This document shows positions 40,246-52,494 of a stretch of 64,000 nucleotides of DNA, one piece after another. The stretch is taken from positions 49,186 through 113,185 of the forward strand of contig JAUCBJ010005675.1 of assembly GCA_032718475.1 (NCBI GenBank), in the 5' to 3' direction. How positions within the stretch are numbered: the first letter of the stretch is position 1; every line of letters begins with the position of its first letter. Origin of the DNA: Nemertoderma westbladi. Its lineage: Eukaryota > Animalia > Xenacoelomorpha. A program made the position numbers and the translations under genes. A model generated the notes under the pieces. That model did not search any database, was not told the origin of the DNA, and saw only the letters and a program-made list of their open reading frames with translations.

Positions 40246-40489
40246 ATGTATATCACAATATGAACTATATTTTTCCGTCACATAAGTTATAAGAAAGTTA
40301 TAAGAAGGCTTCGATATAACTATATACGTCATTGTTCATAAAATATCACTTTATAGCGTTACGGCACAAGTGACTTTGTTTCCCGAGCGACAGCGAGGGA
40401 AATAACAAAACGAGGGCCGTACAGTAAAAGCTTAAAAGTGCCAATTATGAACAATGGCGAATCTAAGTTTATTTATTTGTGGGCCCCCA

Positions 40490-41583
40490 CAGTAGTGGAG
40501 TAGCGCCATCAACCCTACTTCGGTTACAGTAGTGGAGTAGCGGAATCAACCCTACTTTGGTTACAGTAAGGGAGTAGCGGCATTAACCTTACTTCGGTTA
40601 CAGTAGTGGAGTAGCGCCATCAACCCTACTTCGGTTACAGTAGTGGAGTAGCGGCATCAACCCTACTTCGGTTACAGTAGTGGAGTAGCGGCATCAACCT
40701 TACTTCGGTTACAGTAGTGGAGTAGCGGCATCAACCTTACTTCGGTTACAGTAGTGGAGTAGCGGCATCAACCTTACTTCGGTTACAGTAGTGGAGTAGC
40801 GGCATCAACCTTACTTCGGTTACAGTAGTGGAGTAGCGGCATTAACCCTACTTTGGTTACAGTAGTGGAGTAGCGCCATCAACCCTACTTCGGTTACAGT
40901 AGTGGAGTAGCGGCATTAACCCTACTTTGGTTACAGTAGTGGAGTAGCGGAATCAACCCTACTTCGGTTACAGTAGTTGAGTAGCGGAATCAACCCTACT
41001 TCGGTTACAGTAGTGGAGTAGCGGCATTAACCCTACTTTGGTTACAGTAGTGGAGTAGCGCCATCAACCCTACTTCGGTTACAGTAGTGGAGTAGCGGCA
41101 TCAACCCTACTTCGGTTACAGTAGTGGAGTAGTGGCATTAACCCTACTTCGGTTACAGTAGTGGAGTAGCGCCATCAACCCTACTTCGGTTACAGTGGTG
41201 GAGTAGCGGCATTAACCCTACTTTGGTTACAGTAGTGGAGTAGCGGCATCAACCCTACTTTGGTTACAGTAGTGGAGTAGCGGCATCAACCTTACTTCGG
41301 TTACAGTAGTGGAGTAGCGGCATCAACCCTACTTCGGTTACAGTAGTGGATTAGCGGCATCAACCCTACTTCGGTTACAGTAGTGGAGTAGCGGCATCAA
41401 CCTTACTTCGGTTACAGTAGTGGAGTAGCGGAATCAACCCTACTTCGGTTACAGTAGTGGAGTAGCGGAATCAACCCTACTTCGGTTACAGTAGTGGAGT
41501 AGCGGAATCAACCCTACTTCGGTTACAGTAGTGGAGTAGCGGCATCAACCTTACTTCGGTTACAGTAGTGGAGTAGCGGCATT
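40490..41583. repeat. 37-bp minisatellite, about 29-30 copies
   Basis: (ACAGTAGTGGAGTAGCGGCATCAACCYTACTTCGGTT)n. Confidence 0.96.
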
Positions 41584-42351
41584 AATTATTTTAAAACCAA
41601 GTCAACAATTGTAATTGTTCAGTAGAGCCTATATAAAACATAGAGAAATATAGGCCTAGGGCCTTTCTGCAGTAAAATATTATTGCCCAATAGGATTGAT
41701 TTCACTTTATTGCCTCATAATCATCACCTCCCATTGGTTAAAACTTTACATAGGGCCCTTCTGCAATAAAATATTGCCCGCTGGGATATATGGTTACACT
41801 TTACCACGCAACAATCATCACTTCCCACTGGATAAAATGTTACAAACTTCACCAGCTGATAGAGCACGTCTTAAAGTGTGGAATTGTACAAAAAGGTAAT
41901 ATCCGACAAAAATCGACTTAGGGCCTTATGACACTTAGGCTACAATAAAATATTTGATGATAAAACAGTCCTGCAGAAAATTTCCATATTTTACGAAGAA
42001 AACGGCTTACAGTAACACCCGCTAAATTTTCAGAACAGTAGCTTTACAAATAAATTATAAATCGATTTCGATACTCCCTTAAAAACTGAATCTAAGAAAT
42101 TTTGCCGACATGAGTTTGCAGCTTATAACTGAGGGTTACTAGGAGTTTTACATAGGCCTGACCAACTATCCCTAACCAAAATAATAAACTTAATATCTAT
42201 GGGTGTGATAAGACAGAAAACCGAGTCTGACTTCGGGTGCTAGCAATGCAGTCTGGCAGTAGCAGTTTGTATAGTATTCCACAGGAAATTTACCAAACAT
42301 TGAGTACAGTTGGTGGTTAATGCTTGTTTGTGCAAAGCTCTCACCCGAATT

Positions 42352-43219
42352 ACACCATGTAGACCGTGTAGCCCCCCCCCCCCCCCCTAAATTTTTCTAC
42401 AAATTGTAATGAAATCGCATGAAATTTGAAATAGAGATAGTTCCACCTCCCTCCGCCCCCGTGGGTGAGCCAGAATTTTTATTTTTACTTTCAACCTTTA
42501 GCTACAAGCGTTTAAAAAAGGTGTCTTGGTACTGATGGAAAGCTGGCTGTGCAAGGATTCCAAATATGTCAACATAATCTGAATTTAGTTGAAAAATAGC
42601 TGAGATATGAGCGTTAGAAAGTTGCATGGTTTTGCATCTGCATGAGGCCATTTTATTCAAATAAATCAAAATACCATATTCTAGAACATTTTGTTTATTT
42701 ATGAATAGCTACGTAATAGGGGCCTAGTATAATTAAAGAGGTATTGTTGCCCATCTATGTATGGAATAAACAAAATGTTCTAGAATATGGTACATTTATT
42801 ACATAGAATAAATGGCCTGCAGGGGAAGCAAATGCATGCAACATTCGAATGCACATATCGCAGCTATTTCCCAACCAAATTCAAATGTTTTTACATATTT
42901 TTAATCCTTGCATGGCCAGCTTTCTATTGGTACCATCCAATCACAATAAGGTTGGAGAATGATTGCACTGTGACCTGTGAAATATCGCAGGAGACACCTT
43001 TTTGAAACACTGGTAGCTAAAGATTGAAAGCAAAAATAAAAATTCTGGCTCACCCAGCAAGGAGGAGGGAGGTGAAACTATCTCTGTTTCAAATTTCATG
43101 CAATCTCATTTAAGATTTGTAGAAAAAAAAAATTTTTTTTTGGGGGGGGGGGGGGGGGTGGGGTGGGGGGCACGGGGCAGGTACCTGAATAACGACACTA
43201 TATTCCATGACATGGTGTA
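42352..43219. mobile_element. CACCATG-family MITE (duplicated at about 45279-46144)
   Basis: tacaccatgt ... gaataacgacactatattccatgacatggtgta; long imperfect palindrome (gggtgagccagaatttttattttt / aaaaataaaaattctggctcaccc). Confidence 0.8.
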
Positions 43220-44274
43220 TATATGTTGTAAGGCTTTGTTGAGATGCAAAGGCCAAGACCGTCTGATTGCATTGCAGTGAACTTGCAGTCAACCTTCGAA
43301 TGATGTTAAATGCTTGTTATAATGTTAGTTGGTTATTATAGTTAAATTTTAGATTAGCTGTGAAAAATCTAATTCTTTCTTATGCCCTTTTGCTTTAGTG
43401 GGTGATATTTATAGGCAATTAATAAGGGATCTCAATATAGATAAATAGTTCCCTAAATAATATAATTATCGTACATGGGCTGGTGTGTAATTGCATGAGT
43501 AAGACGATCGAAGAGAAAATTGATATATTTTATAATGATATTTTTTAACATTTGATTTAACAAACTGCAAATAGAAAAATGTTCGCATATATAAACAAAC
43601 AAGAAACATACACTTTACTAGCTATCTTAAATCAAAATGTATATACAGGTACACACCCAACGATAATAATGCAATCGGAAACAATTGAAATAAAATAAAA
43701 CCTCTCTGATGATTATAAAACCAAAATAATACCGCCTACTAAGAATATATAAAATACTGATGTTATATTGTATTGCTATTGCACTGTATAGATATAATAT
43801 ATTATTAAACAGGGTCTATACATACATATACACTCACACTGTTTCGGCAATTAAGTTGCTTATTTTATTTTTGAAAATAGTTTGAAATTAAATTTATCAC
43901 AGTCATATAATTAAGTACATATATTTATTAAATGTTATGGCGATGGGATATGGCAGTATGGCGCATCAAAGCGCCCATGACCAATGTTAATTTAAATAAT
44001 ACTAAATTAATGTACACATTTGGCCAGCTATCCAGCATCCAAACATATATTGCTTGTATTTGCATGTGGTTGCTTATATTATTAACAAGTAACAACCACA
44101 TGCATCATGCAAATAATACAGTAGGCCTATTGTCTTTTAAGTCAGTCAATCATTCTCAGTATAATTTTAGCAGTTTGGTGTACGGTTCATATGTACGACG
44201 TACGTACTCAAATCTGAAACTATTTAGGTAGGGCTACACCTTCATTGTCTGATAATTCATGAGGGCGAACCCAT

Positions 44275-44706
44275 TCACGCGGTTTCTATTGGTGCTGCCT
44301 CAAGTGCCTCAGCCTTGTCCTTATCCTCCGTAGTTGCCGTCCCATTAGCATCAGCATGATCATCAACTGTAGACGAATCAGCTGATTTAATTTTCTTAGC
44401 AGGAGAAATGTAATCCTCTTCGGGTGCGTTTCGTTTGGCTGAATCGCCAGCCCCTCCCTCTGCTTTATTTTCTTCTAGGCCTTTTCCATTAAGGACGCGT
44501 TCAACACTCTCTTTGCCTTCACCATTCTGCGTTGGTGGACTCTCCGTATCTGCCTCAGCTGCATCGGTGGGATCGGATGTGGTCTCGATAACCTTATCTG
44601 CTACCTTTAACCCATCCACCCCCGCCTCCGGTTGTGCTGTTTGAGAAAGTGTCTGGGACTCAGACTTCTGGGATTCAGTGGAAGTAGCTTTTGCAATTTC
44701 CGACAT
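44275..44706 (-). CDS. 143-aa acidic, disordered protein with bipartite NLS (prothymosin/parathymosin-like), copy 1
   Basis: Coding-like GC content within AT-rich flanks; E/D/A/T/S-rich, no W, F or C; KRNAPEEDYISPAKKIK bipartite NLS; A-rich leader before ATG. Confidence 0.72.
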   Translation of the reverse strand: MSEIAKATSTESQKSESQTLSQTAQPEAGVDGLKVADKVIETTSDPTDAAEADTESPPTQNGEGKESVERVLNGKGLEENKAEGGAGDSAKRNAPEEDYISPAKKIKSADSSTVDDHADANGTATTEDKDKAEALEAAPIETA

Positions 44707-47199
44707 CTTATTATTTTGAATTTTAGTGTTTTTGTTTTAATTAATCAGTGATAGCTTTAGCTTACCCGCCACCAGCTAGGATACTGTACTATGCCTAGAT
44801 TATATTAATTTGATAGACTACTGCTGTACTGGGTCCGGCCTTTAAAATAGGCCTACTAAACTGTACCGGTACTATCCAGGTATCTGGGGTATCTAGTATA
44901 CCGCATAAATATGTATGTATATAGGCTAGGCCTACAGCCTAATGTTTTTTAAAGATGGATATTTAGATCAGTTTGTTTATTGTACCGGTATATATAACGC
45001 AACTATTTGTTTATTTCTTTCGACCTCCCTTTCAAACATGAGTTTGCAGCTTATAACTGAGGGTTACTAGGAGTTTTACATAGGCCTGACCAACTATCCC
45101 TAACCAAAATAATAAACTTAATATCTATGGGTGTGATAAGACAGAAAACCGAGTCTGACTTCGGGTGCTAGCAATGCAGTCTGGCAGTAGCAGTTTGTAT
45201 AGTATTCCACAGGAAATTTACCAAACATTGAGTACAGTTGGTGGTTAATGCTTGTTTGTGCAAAGCTCTCACCCGAATTACACCATGTAGACCGTGTAGC
45301 CCCCCCCCCCCCCTAAATTTTTCTACAAATTGTAATGAAATCGCATGAAATTTGAAATAGAGATAGTTCCACCTCCCTCCGCCCCCGTGGGTGAGCCAGA
45401 ATTTTTATTTTTACTTTCAACCTTTAGCTACAAGCGTTTAAAAAAGGTGTCTTGGTACTGATGGAAAGCTGGCTGTGCAAGGATTCCAAATATGTCAACA
45501 TAATCTGAATTTAGTTGAAAAATAGCTGAGATATGAGCGTTAGAAAGTTGCATGGTTTTGCATCTGCACGAGGCCATTTTATTCAAATAAATCAAAATAC
45601 CATATTCTAGAACATTTTGTTTATTTATGAATAGCTACGTAATAGGGGCCTAGTATAATTAAAGAGGTATTGTTGCCCATCTATGTATGGAATAAACAAA
45701 ATGTTCTAGAATATGGTACATTTATTACATAGAATAAATGGCCTGCAGGGGAAGCAAATGCATGCAACATTCGAATGCACATATCGCAGCTATTTCCCAA
45801 CCAAATTCAAATGTTTTTACATATTTTTAATCCTTGCATGGCCAGCTTTCTATTGGTACCATCCAATCACAATAAGGTTGGAGAATGATTGCACTGTGAC
45901 CTGTGAAATATCGCAGGAGACACCTTTTTGAAACACTGGTAGCTAAAGATTGAAAGCAAAAATAAAAATTCTGGCTCACCCAGCAAGGAGGAGGGAGGTG
46001 AAACTATCTCTGTTTCAAATTTCATGCAATCTCATTTAAGATTTGTAGAAAAAAAAAATTTTTTTTTGGGGGGGGGGGGGGGGTGGGGTGGGGGGCACGG
46101 GGCAGGTACCTGAATAACGACACTATATTCCATGACATGGTGTATATATGTTGTAAGGCTTTGTTGAGATGCAAAGGCCAAGACCGTCTGATTGCATTGC
46201 AGTGAACTTGCAGTCAACCTTCGAATGATGTTAAATGCTTGTTATAATGTTAGTTGGTTATTATAGTTAAATTTTAGATTAGCTGTGAAAAATCTAATTC
46301 TTTCTTATGCCCTTTTGCTTTAGTGGGTGATATTTATAGGCAATTAATAAGGGATCTCAATATAGATAAATAGTTCCCTAAATAATATAATTATCGTACA
46401 TGGGCTGGTGTGTAATTGCATGAGTAAGACGATCGAAGAGAAAATTGATATATTTTATAATGATATTTTTTAACATTTGATTTAACAAACTGCAAATAGA
46501 AAAATGTTCGCATATATAAACAAACAAGAAACATACACTTTACTAGCTATCTTAAATCAAAATGTATATACAGGTACACACCCAACGATAATAATGCAAT
46601 CGGAAACAATTGAAATAAAATAAAACCTCTCTGATGATTATAAAACCAAAATAATACCGCCTACTAAGAATATATAAAATACTGATGTTATATTGTATTG
46701 CTATTGCACTGTATAGATATAATATATTATTAAACAGGGTCTATACATACATATACACTCACACTGTTTCGGCAATTAAGTTGCTTATTTTATTTTTGAA
46801 AATAGTTTGAAATTAAATTTATCACAGTCATATAATTAAGTACATATATTTATTAAATGTTATGGCGATGGGATATGGCAGTATGGCGCATCAAAGCGCC
46901 CATGACCAATGTTAATTTAAATAATACTAAATTAATGTACACATTTGGCCAGCTATCCAGCATCCAAACATATATTGCTTGTATTTGCATGTGGTTGCTT
47001 ATATTATTAACAAGTAACAACCACATGCATCATGCAAATAATACAGTAGGCCTATTGTCTTTTAAGTCAGTCAATCATTCTCAGTATAATTTTAGCAGTT
47101 TGGTGTACGGTTCATATGTACGACGTACGTACTCAAATCTGAAACTATTTAGGTAGGGCTACACCTTCATTGTCTGATAATTCATGAGGGCGAACCCAT

Positions 47200-47631
47200 T
47201 CACGCGGTTTCTATTGGTGCTGCCTCAAGTGCCTCAGCCTTGTCCTTATCCTCCGTAGTTGCCGTCCCATTAGCATCAGCATGATCATCAACTGTAGACG
47301 AATCAGCTGATTTAATTTTCTTAGCAGGAGAAATGTAATCCTCTTCGGGTGCGTTTCGTTTGGCTGAATCGCCAGCCCCTCCCTCTGCTTTATTTTCTTC
47401 TAGGCCTTTTCCATTAAGGACGCGTTCAACACTCTCTTTGCCTTCACCATTCTGCGTTGGTGGACTCTCCGTATCTGCCTCAGCTGCATCGGTGGGATCG
47501 GATGTGGTCTCGATAACCTTATCTGCTACCTTTAACCCATCCACCCCCGCCTCCGGTTGTGCTGTTTGAGAAAGTGTCTGGGACTCAGACTTCTGGGATT
47601 CAGTGGAAGTAGCTTTTGCAATTTCCGACAT
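47200..47631 (-). CDS. 143-aa acidic, disordered protein with bipartite NLS (prothymosin/parathymosin-like), copy 2
   Basis: Translation identical to 44275-44706; followed upstream by a motif-rich putative promoter block. Confidence 0.75.
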   Translation of the reverse strand: MSEIAKATSTESQKSESQTLSQTAQPEAGVDGLKVADKVIETTSDPTDAAEADTESPPTQNGEGKESVERVLNGKGLEENKAEGGAGDSAKRNAPEEDYISPAKKIKSADSSTVDDHADANGTATTEDKDKAEALEAAPIETA

Positions 47632-47699
47632 CTTATTATTTTGAATTTTAGTGTTTTTGTTTTAATTAATCAGTGATAGCTTTAGCTTACCCGCCACCA

Positions 47700-48700
47700 G
47701 CTAGGATACTGTACTATGCCTAGATTATATTAATTTGATAGACTACTGCTGTACTGGGTCCGGCCTTTAAAATAGGCCTACTAAACTGTACCGGTACTAT
47801 CCAGGTATCTGGGGTATCTAGTATACCGCATAAATATGTATGTATATAGGCTAGGCCTACAGCCTAATCTGCTAATACAGTAATACTGTATTACACATGA
47901 CTGTCCTAGTCCTGTACGCTGTAGACCCACCCTCCTTCACACTTTTCAGATTTTAGATATCAAATGCAGAAATCGCAGACACTGCAATAATGCAGTAATG
48001 TCAGAATGTGTAATGCAGTAATGGGCCGGCTGACTGTCACGACTGTTACCACAGTACCCCGAGCAGTTCTGAGCGGCCTCAGCACTACATCCATCACCGA
48101 GAAAGCCGCGCGGGGGTACTGCAGTCAGGCAGTACTGCTGTACTGGTCCGGTACAGGTCATGCCGGTAGCCCAGTAGTAGGCCTCCTGGCCTCTACCGGT
48201 ACTGGGTACACACCTACAGACTGACAGACCTAATACTGTCTGACTGACATATTATGGTAGGCCTACTGTATTACAGCAGTACCGTACAGTATTACCGGTA
48301 GGCCTACCAAACACAGAAAAAGTCTGACAGTACCGGTCTGTTACGGTACTGGTACTGCTGTACTGCACATTATAAGCACTAGACAGTTACTGAGCTAGAC
48401 GGGCAGTCTGCCAGTATAACTAACAGTGTAGACTGTAGACTACCGGTACTACTGTACTACAGTGATGAGTCTGATAGTACTACTGCATACCTGTACCGGT
48501 AACGTACTTTTTGTGCTTAAATTAGAGTATACAGATATTGAGCTGTACTGCAGTACCGGTACTGCCAGATATGTATGCTGTATCTGTGTATGTATTTATA
48601 GATGTATGTATGTACTGTATGGTGTAGGATCAGGTTACAGTAGGAGTAGGACTGTAAGAAGGCAGTAATTGTAGGGTTTTACTTTTCAACGTATGCCGTA
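47700..48700 (-). promoter_or_regulatory. Putative promoter/5' region rich in TAGGCCTA, TACCGGTA and TACAGTA/TACTGTA motifs with a CpG-rich core
   Basis: Dense short palindromes and a GC/CpG-rich patch (48020-48200) directly upstream of the acidic-protein ATG; similar clusters at 60330-60630 upstream of a caspase. Confidence 0.4.
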
Positions 48701-49713
48701 CGTATCCACGTATGTGCGTACGTATCCACGTATCTATACATTACATTGAGCGATTTCACATACGCGTATGCATACGCGTGGGCGAATACTGTTTGAATGA
48801 CAGCGTATGTTTGTTGCTTAGGAGCCTAATAGAATTTCCTATTCATTACAACTATTAAGCCCATCATAAATAAGTAATTAATTACATTTAATGTAAACTA
48901 TGTTCAAACTAATAAATATTAAATTTTGGTTACAATTTCACTTGAATTTATGCCTACTACGTTAGATCAGCTGTTTTTCCCGTAATGGGGGGCTCTTGAC
49001 GCCATAAAAATTAATCTCAATACAGTGGGGAAATACCAGGGGGATACATGCTATCTATTGACTTTCGCTTATTGTTTTGGTAAAGCACTATTTTCGTTAG
49101 CAAAAGTTGTATAAAATTTCCCAAAAGTCATATAAAAATTCGCAAAAGTCATATAAAAAACTACTATACTATATAACTATAAAAAACAATAACTATATAC
49201 GTCATTGTTCATAAAATAGCACATTATAGCGTTAAGGCACGAGTGATTTTCTTTCCCGGGCGACATCCGAAAGCGAGGGAAATAATAGAACGAGGGCCGT
49301 AAAAGCATTAATGTGCTAATTATTAACAATGGCGAATCTAATTTTATTTATTTGTGGGAAATTATTTGTAGTTGTGCACTCAAACTTTCTAGAACAACCT
49401 AATAATGACGTGGTGATATACTGGATACTGGAAATACATAGTAAAATGTATGACGTAGGGACATACTGAGAAATAATGTCGCACTGCGAAATAAATTTAG
49501 AAAATATGTCGCTCTGGCGATTTGGTAGTGCGAAATTAATTCCACACAAATAAATAAAAGTATATTCATAGAGGTTTACATGTTATCCTATTATTATGTG
49601 TTCTAGAATATTTTCTTGACATTCTATATAATTAGTAATTAGATGAACGTATCATATATTGCAACCTGATCCTTTCCCTTACAGTAATTGATAATTAAAT
49701 CACGAAACCGTAC

Positions 49714-49869
49714 CTGTTCCATTACGCCTCCTTGGCATAGATGAGAGTGGTTGATGTTGGTATTGGTCGTGGCGGGATTTACGAATTGCATAGTTAGATT
49801 CATTGTTGTTTGTAGGGGTGCGAGACGAACTGCCGTATGACAATGGACTGTCTTCTCTTTGCCGCGAAA
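49714..49869 (-). CDS. RIMS: Most 5' RIM exon found in the window
   Basis: tttattttgtttcag|..SRQREDSPLSYGSSSRTPTNNNESNYAIRKSRHDQYQHQPLSSMPRRRNGT G|gtacgg; 156 nt, phase 1-1, joins the 39735 exon in frame. Low-complexity linker, so assigned by splice signals and phase only. Confidence 0.68.
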
Positions 49870-50165
49870 CTGAAACAAAATAAATAACAAATTATAACCT
49901 TAACTTAATGATGATTAGTCAGAAATCAGTGTCATATTTTAAGTAACAAAGTGGATCCATAATGTAAATAATTAGTGTATTTGATTGATGAGACATTAAA
50001 GTTTAAAAATTGTCGATGCATTTTATTTTCTAACCGCCAGAGAGGTAAATAAATGAACTTCGACCCAATACATTAATAATGGGTCGCGACAATAGTGAAA
50101 ACAAATGTTCCATTATTGTTTTTCTATAGAAAATCTATTTTTCTTAACATTTTTTTACTTTTTGT

Positions 50166-51005
50166 ATGGTGGCACTGAAGGGCCAATTCGATTCGTTGTT
50201 TCTTATTCAGGACATTGTTTAAAAAAAGACGAATTTGATCGGGAAATTCCTATGGTGGTGATTTGCCGCTATTTTTCTTTTTTTTTTATTTCTAATGAAT
50301 ATTTACTTTTTTCATTTCTGTTTTCTTAAAATTTGCTTTACTTTTGATTCCTATTCTATAGGCCTACTACTGTACGATATACTAGACACCATATTGACAG
50401 TGGTGTCACTCATAATGATTATCAATCAGTCTTTGTTTGTGTTTGTATAGTCTTTGGCTTAGGCTTTTTGTTGTGTACCGGTAATGTTTGTCTGTGTTTG
50501 ATTGTAATGTATTACCGTAACCGGTTATGCCTACTGACTTCTGAAATGAAAGCAGTCTGGCAGTCGGGTTGTCATATGTAGCCTACTAGGCCTATATTAA
50601 ATAGAAATCGAAAGTACAGTTTACCATAATATAGGAATCAAGAGCAAAGTAAAGTTAATACAATAGTAATGTAAAGTAAATTTTAAGAAAACAGAAATGA
50701 AAAGTAAAGTAAATTTTAAGAAAACAGAAATGAAAAGTAAAGTAAATATTCGGAATAAAAAGCAAAGTAAATTATAAGAAAACAGAAATAAAAAGTAAAT
50801 TTTAAGAAAACAGAAACGAAAAGTAGAGTAAATTTTAAGAAAACAGAAACGAAAAGTAGAGTAAATATTCATTAGAAATGAAAAAAGGAAAATGGCGGCG
50901 AATCTCGGAAATGTTAAATAAATAAACGAAAAAACGAATTTAACGAATTTGACGAACGAATTCTGAAAAATTAAAGAAAACGAATTGGCCCTTCAGTTCC
51001 ACCAT
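50166..51005. mobile_element. MITE with about 25-bp TIRs and internal A-rich subrepeats
   Basis: atggtggcactgaagggccaattcg ... cgaattggcccttcagttccaccat; internal aaagtaaattttaagaaaacagaaa repeats at 50670-50870. Confidence 0.75.
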
Positions 51006-51184
51006 CGGCCTACTAATGTATGATAGAAAGATATGGTGTTTATAAATATATTGAACTGAAAACTATTTTACTTCTACATAGTTAGAGGCCTACTGCGATT
51101 CGCTGCTTCACTCAATGTCAAATTATTATATGTACTGGAAAATTTATGACATAAGTAGAGAGCAGCGTAACTACATAAAAACCA

Positions 51185-52040
51185 ATAATATTGAGTTCTG
51201 TTTTGGAGTTTGCTGTGTTGTGACATTAAAGTGTCAGGTATTTTTTTTGTTACTAATGGGGTGCGACAAGGCAGTATCTGTTCACCACTGCTGTTTAATA
51301 TATACAGTGTATGAATGATCCGAGTATTTAACTTAATAAAGCTACAGTTGGTTGTAAGGTGCATAATCTGTTAATTAATCACTTATTTTATGCTGATGAT
51401 ATTTGTCTTTTGTCCCCTAGTGTTCAGGGACTACGCTTGTTAATAAAAATATGTGAAACATATGGAGTTAAGTTTGATATGATATTTAATCCAGTAAAAT
51501 CTAAATGTTTGTACTTTCTTCAGTTCCAGTTAGGACGATTTGGTGATGTTTATTTGGGTGGTAAATTTTTAAATTGTGTTCTAGAATATACTTATTTAGG
51601 TCACAATTTGTCATGCAACCTTTAAGATGAGCCTGACATGCAGCGAATTAAATGCTCTTTATATGGTCGCGGTAATCAGCTTTCTCGATTTTTCTGTAAA
51701 ATGCTTGCCGTTTGTAAAATCTACTTTATTTAAATGCTATTGATATAATCTGTATTGTGTTTCGCTTTGGTCTATTTTTAGAGTTGAATCACTACGTAAA
51801 GTTAAAGTTGCTTATAATATGGGTTTTCGTTTGCTTTTCAATTATCAGAGAGCTGATGACGCCGACACAATGTTTGTTGTTAATCGTATTAATACTTGTA
51901 AGGCTATGTATGGTAAGAGTTCATATATTTTTACTGTTAAATCGTGTTAGAAACAGTTGTAATCCCATTATTAATGCTTGTTACACTGGTTGTTCTGGAT
52001 CACTTTTTCGTAAACGCTGGGATTTAATGCTAGGTATTGA
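51185..52040 (+). mobile_element. Degenerate LINE reverse transcriptase fragment
   Basis: GVRQGS..SPLLFNIY, HLFYADDICLLSPSVQGLRLL, FNPVKSKCL, YTYLGH, with stops and frameshifts. Confidence 0.82.
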
Positions 52041-52494
52041 ATAATTCTAATTATATCGTCCTTTCAAGAAGTCTCTGTATTCCATGCATATCTACCGTGC
52101 AATTTAGTATTATGTATATGTATTTCTGCGTGCTAGGCTAGTAGTGTATTATAAATTTATATTATTTACGAATGTACAATGAATCTCGTGTCCGATATAA
52201 TAAAAATAAATATAAAGTTGTAATGAATATTGTTTATACCTCATATATTTATCAATATTTTTTAATTACGCGAAATCCTAATTTTCTTCCTTTTCGTTTT
52301 ATTGATTCATGTTATAAAATTCGACAAACTGCACTAACATTACTTTTTAGATTTCGCAGAGTTACTTTTAAGAATGCCGGCAATCCTGAGATGCCATTTA
52401 TAAAATAGTAGGCCTAATTAAATAAAATAAGGACTTTATTGAATAACAATCAGTGTATCTGCGTCTGGTGTGTCAAGTAAATCAGCCAATAAAT

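Larger units (their letters stand above)
42108..47868. repeat. Near-identical tandem segmental duplication (42108-44943 and 45036-47868) separated by a 92-bp unique linker
   Basis: Identical ORF sets offset by about 2925 bp; by eye the copies differ only in homopolymer lengths and one substitution (catctgcaTgagg vs catctgcaCgagg). Confidence 0.95.

Noticed and set aside
40490-41583. 37-bp repeat as a CRISPR array or a third donor array
   Set aside because: No spacers; the minus-strand GAA|GTAAGG/GTAGGG match is weak and not derived from any identified exon.
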